From Rhodospirillales bacterium (GTDB lineage Bacteria; Pseudomonadota; Alphaproteobacteria; Rhodospirillales; CAMCUA01), in NCBI GenBank assembly GCA_965247705.1, contig CBDFHV010000059.1, forward strand, positions 3,879 to 67,878: DNA of 64,000 nucleotides. The letters run 5' to 3'. The notes beneath the pieces are model-generated. The model worked only from the letters and a program-made list of their open reading frames with translations, ran no database searches and was not told the origin of the DNA. A program made the translations under genes and the position numbers. Shown here piece after piece: positions 18,811 through 27,155 of this stretch (within the stretch, counting starts at the first letter, position 1; every line of letters starts with the position of its first letter).

Positions 18811-18873
18811 GGGCAAGGCGGGCAAGGCGGGCAAGGCGGGCAAGGCGGGCAAGGCGGGCAAGGCGGGCAAGGT
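18811..18873 (+). repeat. Tandem 9-mer (GGGCAAGGC)x7 in the divergent rfaD/ubiK intergenic region
   Basis: Six perfect copies plus a seventh ending in T. Confidence 0.95.
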
Positions 18874-18883
18874 GGTGGGCCGG

Positions 18884-18912
18884 TTGCGCCAACGGGTTGC
18901 GGCGCTCATACT
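18884..18912 (+). promoter_or_regulatory. Putative sigma70 promoter for ubiK (TTGCGC-N17-CATACT)
   Basis: Hexamer match and 17-nt spacing; ends 8 nt before the GTG start, so the transcript may be leaderless. Confidence 0.45.
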
Positions 18913-18920
18913 CCGCCACC

Positions 18921-19223
18921 GTGCAAAGTCGCAGTCGAATCCTCGAAGATCTGGCCCGGGTGGCCGGTGGCGCGGCGACCACCGTCCTCGGCATGCGCCA
19001 GGAGTTGGAGACCCTGCTCAAGCAGCGGGTCGAACGGGCATTGGCGCGCATGGACCTGGTCACCCGTGAGGAGTTCGACGCCGTTCGCGACATGGCGGTC
19101 AAGGCCCGGATGGAACAGGATCGCCTGGAAAAACGCCTACGGGCGCTGGAGCGGCCGTCGGGCGCCCGACATACCGCCGGTCGGGGCCGCGGCAAGGCCG
19201 GGACCGCCAAAACCGGGAAATAA
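18921..19223 (+). CDS. ubiK: Accessory factor UbiK family (BMFP) protein
   Basis: RILEDLARVAGGA, MDLVTREEFDAVRDMAVKAR, coiled coil. Divergent from the lgt operon. Confidence 0.85.
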   Translation: MQSRSRILEDLARVAGGAATTVLGMRQELETLLKQRVERALARMDLVTREEFDAVRDMAVKARMEQDRLEKRLRALERPSGARHTAGRGRGKAGTAKTGK

Positions 19224-19434
19224 CCCACCCCGTCCGGTCGGACTGCGCGAATTGCGGTCCCGGTACGGCCTGTGTGCATTCTTCTCTTGCTTCACCAAAT
19301 TCTATTTGGCAGGCTACCCCTGGTATGGAGGGGGAAGCAAAACCGCAATATTTCGTCTAACCGACAATATGTTGTGGTATTCCAGGCTTTCACCCCCTGT
19401 TCAATCGTCTGGTGCTCCACGGGAGGATCCAGCC

Positions 19435-19938
19435 ATGGTCGCCAACCTTCTCCAAAGCGCCGAATCGATCGGCAAGCCTCTCGACATCGTCGAGAGAATC
19501 GCCGCCGCGAACGACTGGATATTCGACCGCCGCAACGACGAAGAGATGGCGGTCCAGGTGCCGGGCCGCTGGTGCGACTACAGCCTATTTTTCGCCTGGA
19601 ACGAGGAAGCCCGGGCGATGCACTTCACCTGTGCCTTCGACATGCGCATCCCGGAGGATCGGCGCCGGTCCGTTCACGAGCTTCTGGCCAGGGTCAATGA
19701 AAAGCTGTGGCTGGGGCATTTCGGGATGTGGGACGAGGACGGCATGCCCCTGTTCCGGCACGCCTTGCCCCTGAGGGGCATGGCAGGACCGACCACGGAG
19801 CAGATGGAGGATATCGTGGATACGGCGCTGATGGAGTGCGAACGGTTCTACCCCGCATTCCAGTACGTGATCTGGGGCGGCCGCACCCCGATCGACGCCA
19901 TGAGCCTGTCGATGATCGAAACCGTGGGAGAGGCGTAA
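19435..19938 (+). CDS. YbjN domain-containing protein
   Basis: PLDIVERIAAANDWIFDR, GRWCDY, NEKLWLGHF, ECERFYPAFQYVIWGG. Lies between ubiK and proC. Confidence 0.88.
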   Translation: MVANLLQSAESIGKPLDIVERIAAANDWIFDRRNDEEMAVQVPGRWCDYSLFFAWNEEARAMHFTCAFDMRIPEDRRRSVHELLARVNEKLWLGHFGMWDEDGMPLFRHALPLRGMAGPTTEQMEDIVDTALMECERFYPAFQYVIWGGRTPIDAMSLSMIETVGEA

Positions 19939-19943
19939 TTTCG

Positions 19944-20759
19944 ATGGCCATTGACCTGATCCTCGTCGGCTGCGGCAAAATGGGCAGCGCCATGCTTGCC
20001 GGCTGGCTCGACCGGGGCATGGAACGGGCGAGTGTCGCCGTTGTCGAGCCCAACGGGGAACAGGCCCAGGCGCTTCGCGACAGCCATGGGGTTGCCGTGG
20101 TTGGCGATCCGACCGATCTGCCGGGGGACGCCGAGCCCTCGGTGGTCCTGTTCGCGGTCAAGCCGCAAGTGATGGATTCCGTCGTGACCGCCTATGGCAA
20201 GTTCGTGAATCCGGCCACCGTGTTCTTGTCCATCGCCGCCGGCAAGACCATCGCCGCCTACGAGGCGGGCCTCGGCGGCGATGCCGCGGTGGTCCGCGCC
20301 ATGCCCAACACGCCGGCCGCGGTGCAGCGGGGGATCACGGTGGCCTGCCCCAACGGGCGCGTGAGAGACGAGCAAGTGAAGCGTTGTCACGACCTTCTGG
20401 AGGCCGTGGGCGAAGTGGGTTGGTTGGATGACGAGGGACTTATGGACGCGGTCACCGCCGTGTCGGGGAGCGGACCCGCCTACATCTTCCTGCTTGCCGA
20501 ATGCATGGCCAGCGCCGGGGTCGCGGCCGGCCTTCCGGAGGACCTGGCGACGCGCCTGGCGCGGGCCACGGTATCCGGGTCGGGCGAGTTGTTGCGGCGC
20601 TCGACCGAGCCTGCGGCGGTCCTGCGCCAAAACGTGACCAGTCCCGGCGGCACGACCGCCGCCGCCCTGGAAGTCCTGATGGGCGACAATGGTTTGCCAC
20701 ACCTGATGACCGAAGCCGTGGCGGCGGCAACCCGGCGGGGCCGCGAACTCGCCGGATAG
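19944..20759 (+). CDS. proC: Pyrroline-5-carboxylate reductase
   Basis: VGCGKMG, AVKPQ, RAMPNTP, TAVSGSGPAY, VTSPGGTT. Confidence 0.97.
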   Translation: MAIDLILVGCGKMGSAMLAGWLDRGMERASVAVVEPNGEQAQALRDSHGVAVVGDPTDLPGDAEPSVVLFAVKPQVMDSVVTAYGKFVNPATVFLSIAAGKTIAAYEAGLGGDAAVVRAMPNTPAAVQRGITVACPNGRVRDEQVKRCHDLLEAVGEVGWLDDEGLMDAVTAVSGSGPAYIFLLAECMASAGVAAGLPEDLATRLARATVSGSGELLRRSTEPAAVLRQNVTSPGGTTAAALEVLMGDNGLPHLMTEAVAAATRRGRELAG

Positions 20760-20780
20760 CCGGTGGCTTGACTTAGACCA

Positions 20781-21653
20781 CTAGGACCACAGGTGCTCGC
20801 GCAGCGCCGGTTGCAGCACCTCGCGCAACTTGTCCATCGCCGCCCGTTCCAGTTGCCGGACCCGATCCTTCGACAGGCCGATCTCGCGGCCGATGGAATC
20901 GAACGTATGTTTGGCCTCGGCGAGATAGCGGCGCTGAATGATCAGGCGCTCCCGGGGCGGCAGTTTACCCAGGGCCAGGGTCACGATCTCGGTGAAGAAC
21001 CGGCGCTCGCTGGCCTCGGCGACGTCTTCCTCGGGCGTCGGGGCGGGACTCGGAATGCTTTCCAACAGGCTGCGTGGGCCGCTTCCCGCGGGCCCCGCGG
21101 ACACGAGCGTTCGATCCAGGGATTGGTCGCCGCCGCCGGCCATGCGGCGGGCCAGGGAGCGGACTTCGCTGGCGGTGGTGTCGAACCGCTTCGCCAGCTT
21201 GCCGATGAGGTCGTCGCTCAGCCCCTCGGCCCCATCCAGAAACTCGGCCGTCATCCGCCGCAGACGTAGAAACAGCGCTTTCTGGGCATTGGTCGTGCCG
21301 ACGCGGACCACGGACCAGGAGCGCACCACATGGTCCTGGATCGATGCCCTGATCCACCACGCCGCGTAAGTCGACAGACGCACGCCCTTTTCCGGGTTGA
21401 ATTTTTGCACCGCATGAATGAGGCCGAGCGTTCCCTGCTGGATCAGGTCGCTCATGGGCAATCCCGATCCGCGATAGCCGCGCGCCACCTTAATGACGAC
21501 TCGCATGTGGCTGAGAATCAGGCGCCCCGCCGCCTCGAAGTCGCCGGCACCCGCCTTGCGCGCCAGACGCAACTCCTCGTCCCGTTTCAGGAACGGCTGT
21601 CGGGCCGCAATTCTGACAAGTCGGGTTGCGGGGTTGGTGAGATCGCGTCCCAT
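20781..21653 (-). CDS. RNA polymerase sigma factor, RpoH/sigma32 family paralog
   Basis: Region 2 DLIQQGTLGLIHAVQKFNPEKGVRLSTYAAWWIRA, RpoH-box-like SWSVVRVGTTNAQKALFLRLRR, region 4 GLSKDRVRQLE. Confidence 0.9.
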   Translation of the reverse strand: MGRDLTNPATRLVRIAARQPFLKRDEELRLARKAGAGDFEAAGRLILSHMRVVIKVARGYRGSGLPMSDLIQQGTLGLIHAVQKFNPEKGVRLSTYAAWWIRASIQDHVVRSWSVVRVGTTNAQKALFLRLRRMTAEFLDGAEGLSDDLIGKLAKRFDTTASEVRSLARRMAGGGDQSLDRTLVSAGPAGSGPRSLLESIPSPAPTPEEDVAEASERRFFTEIVTLALGKLPPRERLIIQRRYLAEAKHTFDSIGREIGLSKDRVRQLERAAMDKLREVLQPALREHLWS

Positions 21654-21770
21654 GCTCGTCCGTCGCCGGTTACGAATTCCGTGTCGCGGTGGGGGCTTGC
21701 GTCCCCGGTTCCGCTCCACTGGGGCGTTGTAGTATAGTTCGTTCTCCCGTTGAAGGCCCGAGGAAACGTC

Positions 21771-22415
21771 ATGGCCGTGCGTCGTACCACCGCCGGCCGC
21801 CGGGGCCGCCGTCCGGTGCCGGATCCCGCGGAACGCTTGATGACCGCGGCCCTGGCTTTAGCCGCGGCCCGTGGCTGGCGGGATTTGTCCCTGGCCGAGA
21901 TCGCCGACGAGGCCGGCCTCTCCCCCATGGAGGCCTGGCAGGCCTTTCCCACCAAGTCGGCCATCCTTGTGGCCCTGATTGCCAAGATCGAATCGGCGGT
22001 GCTCGCCGGCGGCGCGGCAGCCGCCGACGAGTCGGCCCGGGACCGGCTGTTCGATCTGATCATGCGCTGCTTCGACGGACTGCAGGAACACCGGGCCGCG
22101 GTCGCCAACATCGCCTGGGACTGTCGCGCCGATCCGGCGACGGTTCTCATTCTGGCCCCACGCGTCCTCTGCTCCCTGGCCCTCGTCTTGGAAATGGCCG
22201 GTCTGTCGTCGGTCGGCCTTCGCGGCATTGCCCGGGTCAACGGCCTCGGCCTCGTTTTCGCCCAGGCTGTCCGAACCTGGCTGGGAGACGACAGCGCCGA
22301 CATGGCAAAGACCATGGCGGCGCTGGATCTTGCCTTGCGCCGGGCCGAACAGGTGGCCCGAATGGCCGGAGATGCGCCGTGGCGACGGGCTTCGGAGGAG
22401 GCCGGCGAGGCCTGA
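21771..22415 (+). CDS. TetR/AcrR family transcriptional regulator
   Basis: N-terminal HTH AALALAAARGWRDLSLAEIADEAG; RDRLFDLIMR and DMAKTMAALD in the C-domain. Confidence 0.85.
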   Translation: MAVRRTTAGRRGRRPVPDPAERLMTAALALAAARGWRDLSLAEIADEAGLSPMEAWQAFPTKSAILVALIAKIESAVLAGGAAAADESARDRLFDLIMRCFDGLQEHRAAVANIAWDCRADPATVLILAPRVLCSLALVLEMAGLSSVGLRGIARVNGLGLVFAQAVRTWLGDDSADMAKTMAALDLALRRAEQVARMAGDAPWRRASEEAGEA

Positions 22416-22427
22416 TTCCGAGATTTG

Positions 22428-22490
22428 TGCACTGCACAATTATTCTTGACACATCCATAATTTTAGCTATAAATTGCGTTGTGCAATGCA
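22428..22490 (+). promoter_or_regulatory. Phasin promoter (TTGACA 22446-22451, TATAAA 22468-22473) flanked by two inverted PhaR-type boxes
   Basis: TGCACTGCACAA at 22428-22439 and TTGTGCAATGCA (reverse complement TGCATTGCACAA) at 22479-22490 both fit the rhizobial PhaR consensus TGCRNYGCASMA as I recall it. Confidence 0.7.
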
Positions 22491-22536
22491 AATCGACCAG
22501 TCCCCTCTCAGGGGGCCCTCTAAAGGAGCGCGTGTT

Positions 22537-23016
22537 ATGACCAAGAATGCAACAACGACGCCGGTGGAGGACGTAGCGCGCTTGTGGGCGATGTTCGATC
22601 CGGCGAAATTCTTCAAGACGTTTGGCGATCTGGGCAATGGGTTCGGCCTGCCGGGCTACGATCCCAAGGCGCTGATGGAAACCCAGCGACTGTCCGTGGA
22701 GACCTGGGCCAAGGCCCAAAAACAGGCCATGGACGGTATGCAGGCGTTAGCGCGCCGCCAGTCGGAATTGGTTCGCGACGGCATGAAGGACATGAGCGTG
22801 GCGATGACGGCCGTCACCAAGGCCGGCTCGCCCAGCGAAGCCGCGCAGTTCCAGAACGAGTTCGCGAAAACGGCCTTCGAGCGGTTCGTCGAAGGCAGCC
22901 GCGAAATGAACGAGTTGGCCGTCAAGGCGAATACCGAGGCTTTGTCCCTGCTCACGGCCCGCACCGTCGCGGCCATGGACGAGATGAAGACGATGGCCGA
23001 GAAACCGGCCGCCTGA
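22537..23016 (+). CDS. phaP: Phasin (PHA granule-associated protein)
   Basis: DPKALMETQRLSVETWAKAQKQAMDGMQALARRQSE, ELAVKANTEA. AAGGAG RBS and PhaR-type boxes upstream. Confidence 0.88.
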   Translation: MTKNATTTPVEDVARLWAMFDPAKFFKTFGDLGNGFGLPGYDPKALMETQRLSVETWAKAQKQAMDGMQALARRQSELVRDGMKDMSVAMTAVTKAGSPSEAAQFQNEFAKTAFERFVEGSREMNELAVKANTEALSLLTARTVAAMDEMKTMAEKPAA

Positions 23017-23056
23017 CACGGTTCCACCTATCCGACGGGTCCGTCCCGTCGCCGGC

Positions 23057-23082
23057 AAGCCGCCCTTCGAGGCGGCTTTTTT
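23057..23082 (+). terminator. Rho-independent terminator after phasin
   Basis: AAGCCGCC-cttcga-GGCGGCTT followed by a T-run. Confidence 0.85.
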
Positions 23083-23147
23083 CTTGCGGTGGGCGGCTGC
23101 CCTCGCCTATGCCGGGCCCAGTCGGGCCACGGCAAAAGGGGGCGGCA

Positions 23148-23483
23148 ATGACCATTTCCTACGACGACTTCCAGAAGGTGGACATCCGGGTGGGCACCAT
23201 CGTCCGGGCGGAGCCCTTTCCCGAGGCCCGCAAGCCCGCCTTCAAGCTGTGGATCGATTTCGGCCCCGAGGTGGGCCAACGGAAAAGCTCCGCCCAGATT
23301 GTCGAGCGATACGACCTTGAGAGTCTGGTCGGCCAGCAAGTGGCGGCGGTCGTCAATTTCGCTCCCAAGCAGATCGGCCCCGTCATGTCGGAATGCCTGG
23401 TCCTTGGATTTCCCGACGGCGAAGGGGCCGTCGTGATGATCAGGCCTTCGCTGCCGGTCCCCGACGGCGGGCGGCTGTTCTGA
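23148..23483 (+). CDS. csaA: tRNA-binding protein CsaA/Trbp111
   Basis: DFQKVDIRVGTI, FPEARKPA, KSSAQI, VVNFAPKQIG, SECLVLG. Confidence 0.93.
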   Translation: MTISYDDFQKVDIRVGTIVRAEPFPEARKPAFKLWIDFGPEVGQRKSSAQIVERYDLESLVGQQVAAVVNFAPKQIGPVMSECLVLGFPDGEGAVVMIRPSLPVPDGGRLF

Positions 23484-23484
23484 C

Positions 23485-24183
23485 ATGGGCCCACCCACCA
23501 TCGATGAGATCGCCGCGGCGGCGGCCCACGACCGGACCCTGGCGCCGCCGGTCCTCAAGGCGAAGCATGTGCGCCAATTCGATGCCCAGGTATGGAACCC
23601 GGCCCGTTGCACGGCGGCCATGTCGTATCTGGAGCTGGGCTGTGGGACCGGCCTGTTCCTCGCTTACCTCCTGTCGAAGGGGGTCCGGCGCATGATCGGC
23701 ATCGATCGCGAGCCCCTGGTTCTCGACCAAACGCTGCCGGCCGTGGCGACCCACATGCGGGTGGCGGAGGTCGATGCCTTCCTCGCCGATCCGCCCGCCG
23801 AGCCCGTCGACCGAATCGTCATGCTGGACGTCCTCGAGCATTTCACGCCGCAGACCGGGGTCGCGCTGCTGGCAGCACTGCGCCGGCGCCTGGCGCCGGG
23901 CGGCAAGGTCGTGGTGCGCGTGCCCAACGCTTCGTCGCCGTGGGGCCTGCGTCACCAGTTCGGGGATCTCACCCACCGGGCGACCTATACCCCCGACAGT
24001 CTTCGCCAGGCCGCCGTCGCCGCCGGCTACGCGCCGCCCCTGTGTCTGCCCGTGCGGCGTCATCGGGGCCTTCGGGCCTGGTTGCACGTGGCGGTGGAAA
24101 AGATGGCGCGCCTGGCCTTCGACGAGGTGCCTGTCATCTGGACCGCGACTTTCGTCGCCGTCCTGGAACCTCGGAAGAGTTAA
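23485..24183 (+). CDS. Class I SAM-dependent methyltransferase
   Basis: YLELGCGTG, DVLEHF, LAPGGKVVVRVPN, DLTH. Confidence 0.85.
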   Translation: MGPPTIDEIAAAAAHDRTLAPPVLKAKHVRQFDAQVWNPARCTAAMSYLELGCGTGLFLAYLLSKGVRRMIGIDREPLVLDQTLPAVATHMRVAEVDAFLADPPAEPVDRIVMLDVLEHFTPQTGVALLAALRRRLAPGGKVVVRVPNASSPWGLRHQFGDLTHRATYTPDSLRQAAVAAGYAPPLCLPVRRHRGLRAWLHVAVEKMARLAFDEVPVIWTATFVAVLEPRKS

Positions 24184-24201
24184 GGTATGTCATGGTTTGG
24201 C

Positions 24202-24280
24202 GGGACCAGCCCGCTCCCCCTCCCGGCCACCCATAGCGTACGATCCCGTGGGTGGCCGGGAGGGGGAGCGGGCTGGTCCC
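24202..24280. repeat. Long perfect palindrome (32-bp arms, 15-nt loop) between convergent genes; REP/MITE-like or bidirectional terminator
   Basis: gggaccagcccgctccccctcccggccaccca (24202-24233) is the exact reverse complement of 24249-24280. Confidence 0.9.
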
Positions 24281-24304
24281 GATCTCGCGCCAGCGGAAAA
24301 TGGC

Positions 24305-25621
24305 CTAGACCGGGACCCGCACCCGGGCCCGCAGGCCGCCGAGGGGGGAATCGGACAATTCCACGTCGCCGCCGTGGCCACGGGCCACGTCCCGGGCGAT
24401 GGTGAGGCCCAGGCCGACGCCGCCGGTGCCGACATTGCGGGAGCCTTCGACGCGGAAAAACGGTTTAAACACGTCCTCCCGGCGATCCTCCGCGATGCCG
24501 GGGCCGTCATCGTCGATGGTGATCTCCACCGCGTCGCCGCGCCGGCCAACCCGCACCGCCACGTGATCCCCATGGCGCGCCGCGTTCTCGATCAGGTTCG
24601 TGACACAGCGCCGGAAGGCATCGGGCCGCACGGGGACGGCGAGCGTCTCTTCGCAGTGAAGGTCGATGCCGTTGCCGTCGCGACGGGTTCTGCTCACCAC
24701 GTCGAAGAGCATTGAGGCCAGTTCGACGGGTTGCGGCGCTTCCGTGCCCTCGCCCCGGGCGAAGGCCAGGTAGCCTTCCAACATGCGTTCCATTTCGGCC
24801 ACGTCCTGGGACAATTCCTCCACGTCGCCGTCGCCGCCCAGGGCCAACTGAAGCTTCATGCGGGTCAATGGGGTTCGCAGGTCGTGGGAAACGCCGGCCA
24901 GCATCTCCGTGCGCTGCTGAATCTGGCGCTGGATGCGATCGCGCATGGCCAGATAGGCGGTCGTCGCCTGACGCACCTCCTGCGCCCCTTCCGGCTTTAG
25001 CCGCGGCGCATCGCGTCCCTTGCCCAGTTCATCGGCGGCCAGGGCCAGGCGCCGGATGGGCTTGACCTGGTTGCGCATGAACACGGTGGCCAAGCCGAAC
25101 AGGATCATCGAAGTCCCGACCATCCACATTACGAAGATGTAGGTGGTGGAACTGAACAGCCGCTTTCGGGTGGTGATCACTTCCAGGACACCGTCCGTGA
25201 GCTGGACCTGAATTCTGAGATCGCGGGCCAGGGATCGGGTGTCCAGGCGGTAGGGTCGGGCGACGAAATCGGCCATGGCCTTGTCGACGACCGCCTCCAG
25301 GACGCCGTTATCCTCGGACGGCGTGTTGGGGAGGATCGCGCCTTCCTCGAACCGCGCCCGGATCTGCATGTGATGATCGGCGATCTGGAAGGCTCGGGCA
25401 TGGCCTTCGGGGGTCGGGTCCTCCCGCATGACCTCGATAACCACTGCGATGTCGCCGGCCAGCCCCCGGGCCAGGCTCAGACTCACTTTGTCCCAGTGGC
25501 TCTCGTAGAAGATGAAGGCCGAGACCACCTGCAGCAACACCAGGGGCATCACGACGATCATCAGGGATCGCCCGAGGAGGCTCTTGGGCAAAACCCGCTT
25601 GATCAAGGCATCCCCGATCAT
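24305..25621 (-). CDS. envZ: EnvZ-like sensor histidine kinase
   Basis: Two TM segments, HAMP, H-box GVSHDLRTPLTRM, N-box NLIENA, DDDGPGI, GLGL. Confidence 0.88.
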   Translation of the reverse strand: MIGDALIKRVLPKSLLGRSLMIVVMPLVLLQVVSAFIFYESHWDKVSLSLARGLAGDIAVVIEVMREDPTPEGHARAFQIADHHMQIRARFEEGAILPNTPSEDNGVLEAVVDKAMADFVARPYRLDTRSLARDLRIQVQLTDGVLEVITTRKRLFSSTTYIFVMWMVGTSMILFGLATVFMRNQVKPIRRLALAADELGKGRDAPRLKPEGAQEVRQATTAYLAMRDRIQRQIQQRTEMLAGVSHDLRTPLTRMKLQLALGGDGDVEELSQDVAEMERMLEGYLAFARGEGTEAPQPVELASMLFDVVSRTRRDGNGIDLHCEETLAVPVRPDAFRRCVTNLIENAARHGDHVAVRVGRRGDAVEITIDDDGPGIAEDRREDVFKPFFRVEGSRNVGTGGVGLGLTIARDVARGHGGDVELSDSPLGGLRARVRVPV

Positions 25622-25740
25622 GATTCCGGCTCCCGACTTTTCCGACTAGTGTTGCGATTCTAACATTTGGTTCCTGAGCCCGGGGGTGAAGGTCGCAGTT
25701 TGCGTAGATTTAATGGGAACGAAATGTCTCGATCGGAACA

Positions 25741-26424
25741 CTAGTCCGGATGAAGAACGTAGCCGCGGCCGCGCACGGTCTGAAGATAACGCGGCAGGCG
25801 CGGGTTCGGTTCGATCTTGCGGCGCAGGCGGGTGACCTGCACATCGACGGCCCGCTCGCCCCCGCCGGCGCCGGTCCGCTCGATCAGCTCGTCCCGGTCC
25901 AGCACGAGGCCCGGGCGCTCGGCCAGGGCCCGCAGCAGGGCCACCTCCACCGACGTCAAGCGAATGTGGGCGCTTCCCTTTCGCAGTTCACCCCGTTCCG
26001 GATCGAAGGAGACATCGCCGAGGCGGATCTGGATGGGGGCCGACTCCTCGGCGGGCACCCGTCTTAGAATGCCGCGAATTCGCAGGAGCAGCTCCCGAGG
26101 CTCGAACGGTTTTACCAGATAGTCGTCGGCCCCGGCTTCAAGGCCGGAAATGCGGTCCTCTGCTTCGCCCATGGCGGTCAGCATCAGGATTGGCACGGTG
26201 CCCTTGCGCCGCAAACTGCTCGCCAGGTCGAGGCCGCTTTCTCCAGGCATCATCAGGTCCAGCACGATCAAGTCGAAGGCGAAGCGGGCCAGTTGATCGC
26301 GGGCGTCCACGGCATCCTTCGCGGAGGAGACAACTAATTGGTTCTCGCTCAGATACGCGCGCAGAAGCTCCCGAAGCCGGGTGTCGTCGTCCACCACCAG
26401 GATGTGGGGGAGGGACTCCTCCAT
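25741..26424 (-). CDS. ompR: OmpR-family response regulator (PetR/OmpR-like)
   Basis: ILVVDDD, LDLMMPGESG, ADDYLVKPF, winged helix RAVDVQVTRLRRKIE, LQTVRGRGY. Confidence 0.85.
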   Translation of the reverse strand: MEESLPHILVVDDDTRLRELLRAYLSENQLVVSSAKDAVDARDQLARFAFDLIVLDLMMPGESGLDLASSLRRKGTVPILMLTAMGEAEDRISGLEAGADDYLVKPFEPRELLLRIRGILRRVPAEESAPIQIRLGDVSFDPERGELRKGSAHIRLTSVEVALLRALAERPGLVLDRDELIERTGAGGGERAVDVQVTRLRRKIEPNPRLPRYLQTVRGRGYVLHPD

Positions 26425-26517
26425 GCGGTCATCGCCCCGTTCCGGAATGCCAAGCGTCGATTTTACCACAGGCCGCTCTACCGCAGGCCGTCCAGTATCG
26501 ACCTTTCGTTCGGTGCG

Positions 26518-27015
26518 TCACTCGCTGTCCGAATTGGAGTCCCTGAACCGGCCGCGGTCGTCGTCGTTGACGATGCCCCGCATGATGGCGCGAAAGCCGG
26601 CCACCGCCTCGGCGCCGGCCGCCTCGTAGGCCCGCGCGATGCGGCGGCATTGGGTCTGGGTCAGCAGCGTTTCCAGTTCCCGGCCCGTCGCGGTGAGGTA
26701 GAGCCGGCGCCGCCGACGGTCGTGCTGGTCGACGTCCTGGCGAACGAATTCCTCGTCGATCAATTGGCCAAGCACCCGCGACAGGCTCTGCTTGGTGATC
26801 TTCAGGATCTTGAGAAGACCGCTGACGGTCATGCCCGGGTGACGCCCGACGAAGTAGACAACCCGGTGGTGGGCGCGTCCGAATCCATGGCGAGTCAGGA
26901 TCGCGTCCGCCTCGCCGGTGAAATCGCGGTAGGCGAAGAACAAGAGCTCAATCGCCTGGCGCAAATCCTCCTCGCGCAGGAACAGAGGATTGGCGCGAGG
27001 GCGGTGCGGGGACAT
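26518..27015 (-). CDS. MarR-family transcriptional regulator (PetP-like)
   Basis: NPLFLREEDLRQAIELLFFAYRDFT, GRAHHR, LKITKQSLSRVL, DRRRRRLYLT. Divergent from ilvE. Confidence 0.92.
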   Translation of the reverse strand: MSPHRPRANPLFLREEDLRQAIELLFFAYRDFTGEADAILTRHGFGRAHHRVVYFVGRHPGMTVSGLLKILKITKQSLSRVLGQLIDEEFVRQDVDQHDRRRRRLYLTATGRELETLLTQTQCRRIARAYEAAGAEAVAGFRAIMRGIVNDDDRGRFRDSNSDSE

Positions 27016-27040
27016 GACCGATCGGCGACCCGACTGATTT

Positions 27041-27080
27041 AGTCAGCTATATTGACTTATATGCCGGGCGGTGCTAGCAA
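27041..27080 (+). promoter_or_regulatory. ilvE promoter (TTGACT-N17-TAGCAA) overlapped by dyad AGTCA-N7-TGACT, candidate MarR operator
   Basis: Dyad at 27041-27057, -35 at 27052-27057, -10 at 27075-27080. Confidence 0.55.
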
Positions 27081-27155
27081 TGCAACCCTGTTCTTCAATC
27101 GCGAGCAGCCAGCTAGAAATCTTCCCGCCAACCATCAGCCAGGGACACAACGGTC

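Noticed and set aside
18811-18873. Possible CRISPR array, or coding repeat (LARLAR/GKAGKA/PALPAL in the ORF track)
   Set aside because: There are no spacers and no cas genes. The peptide repeats come from ORFs extended upstream of the real rfaD (18766) and ubiK (18921) starts.
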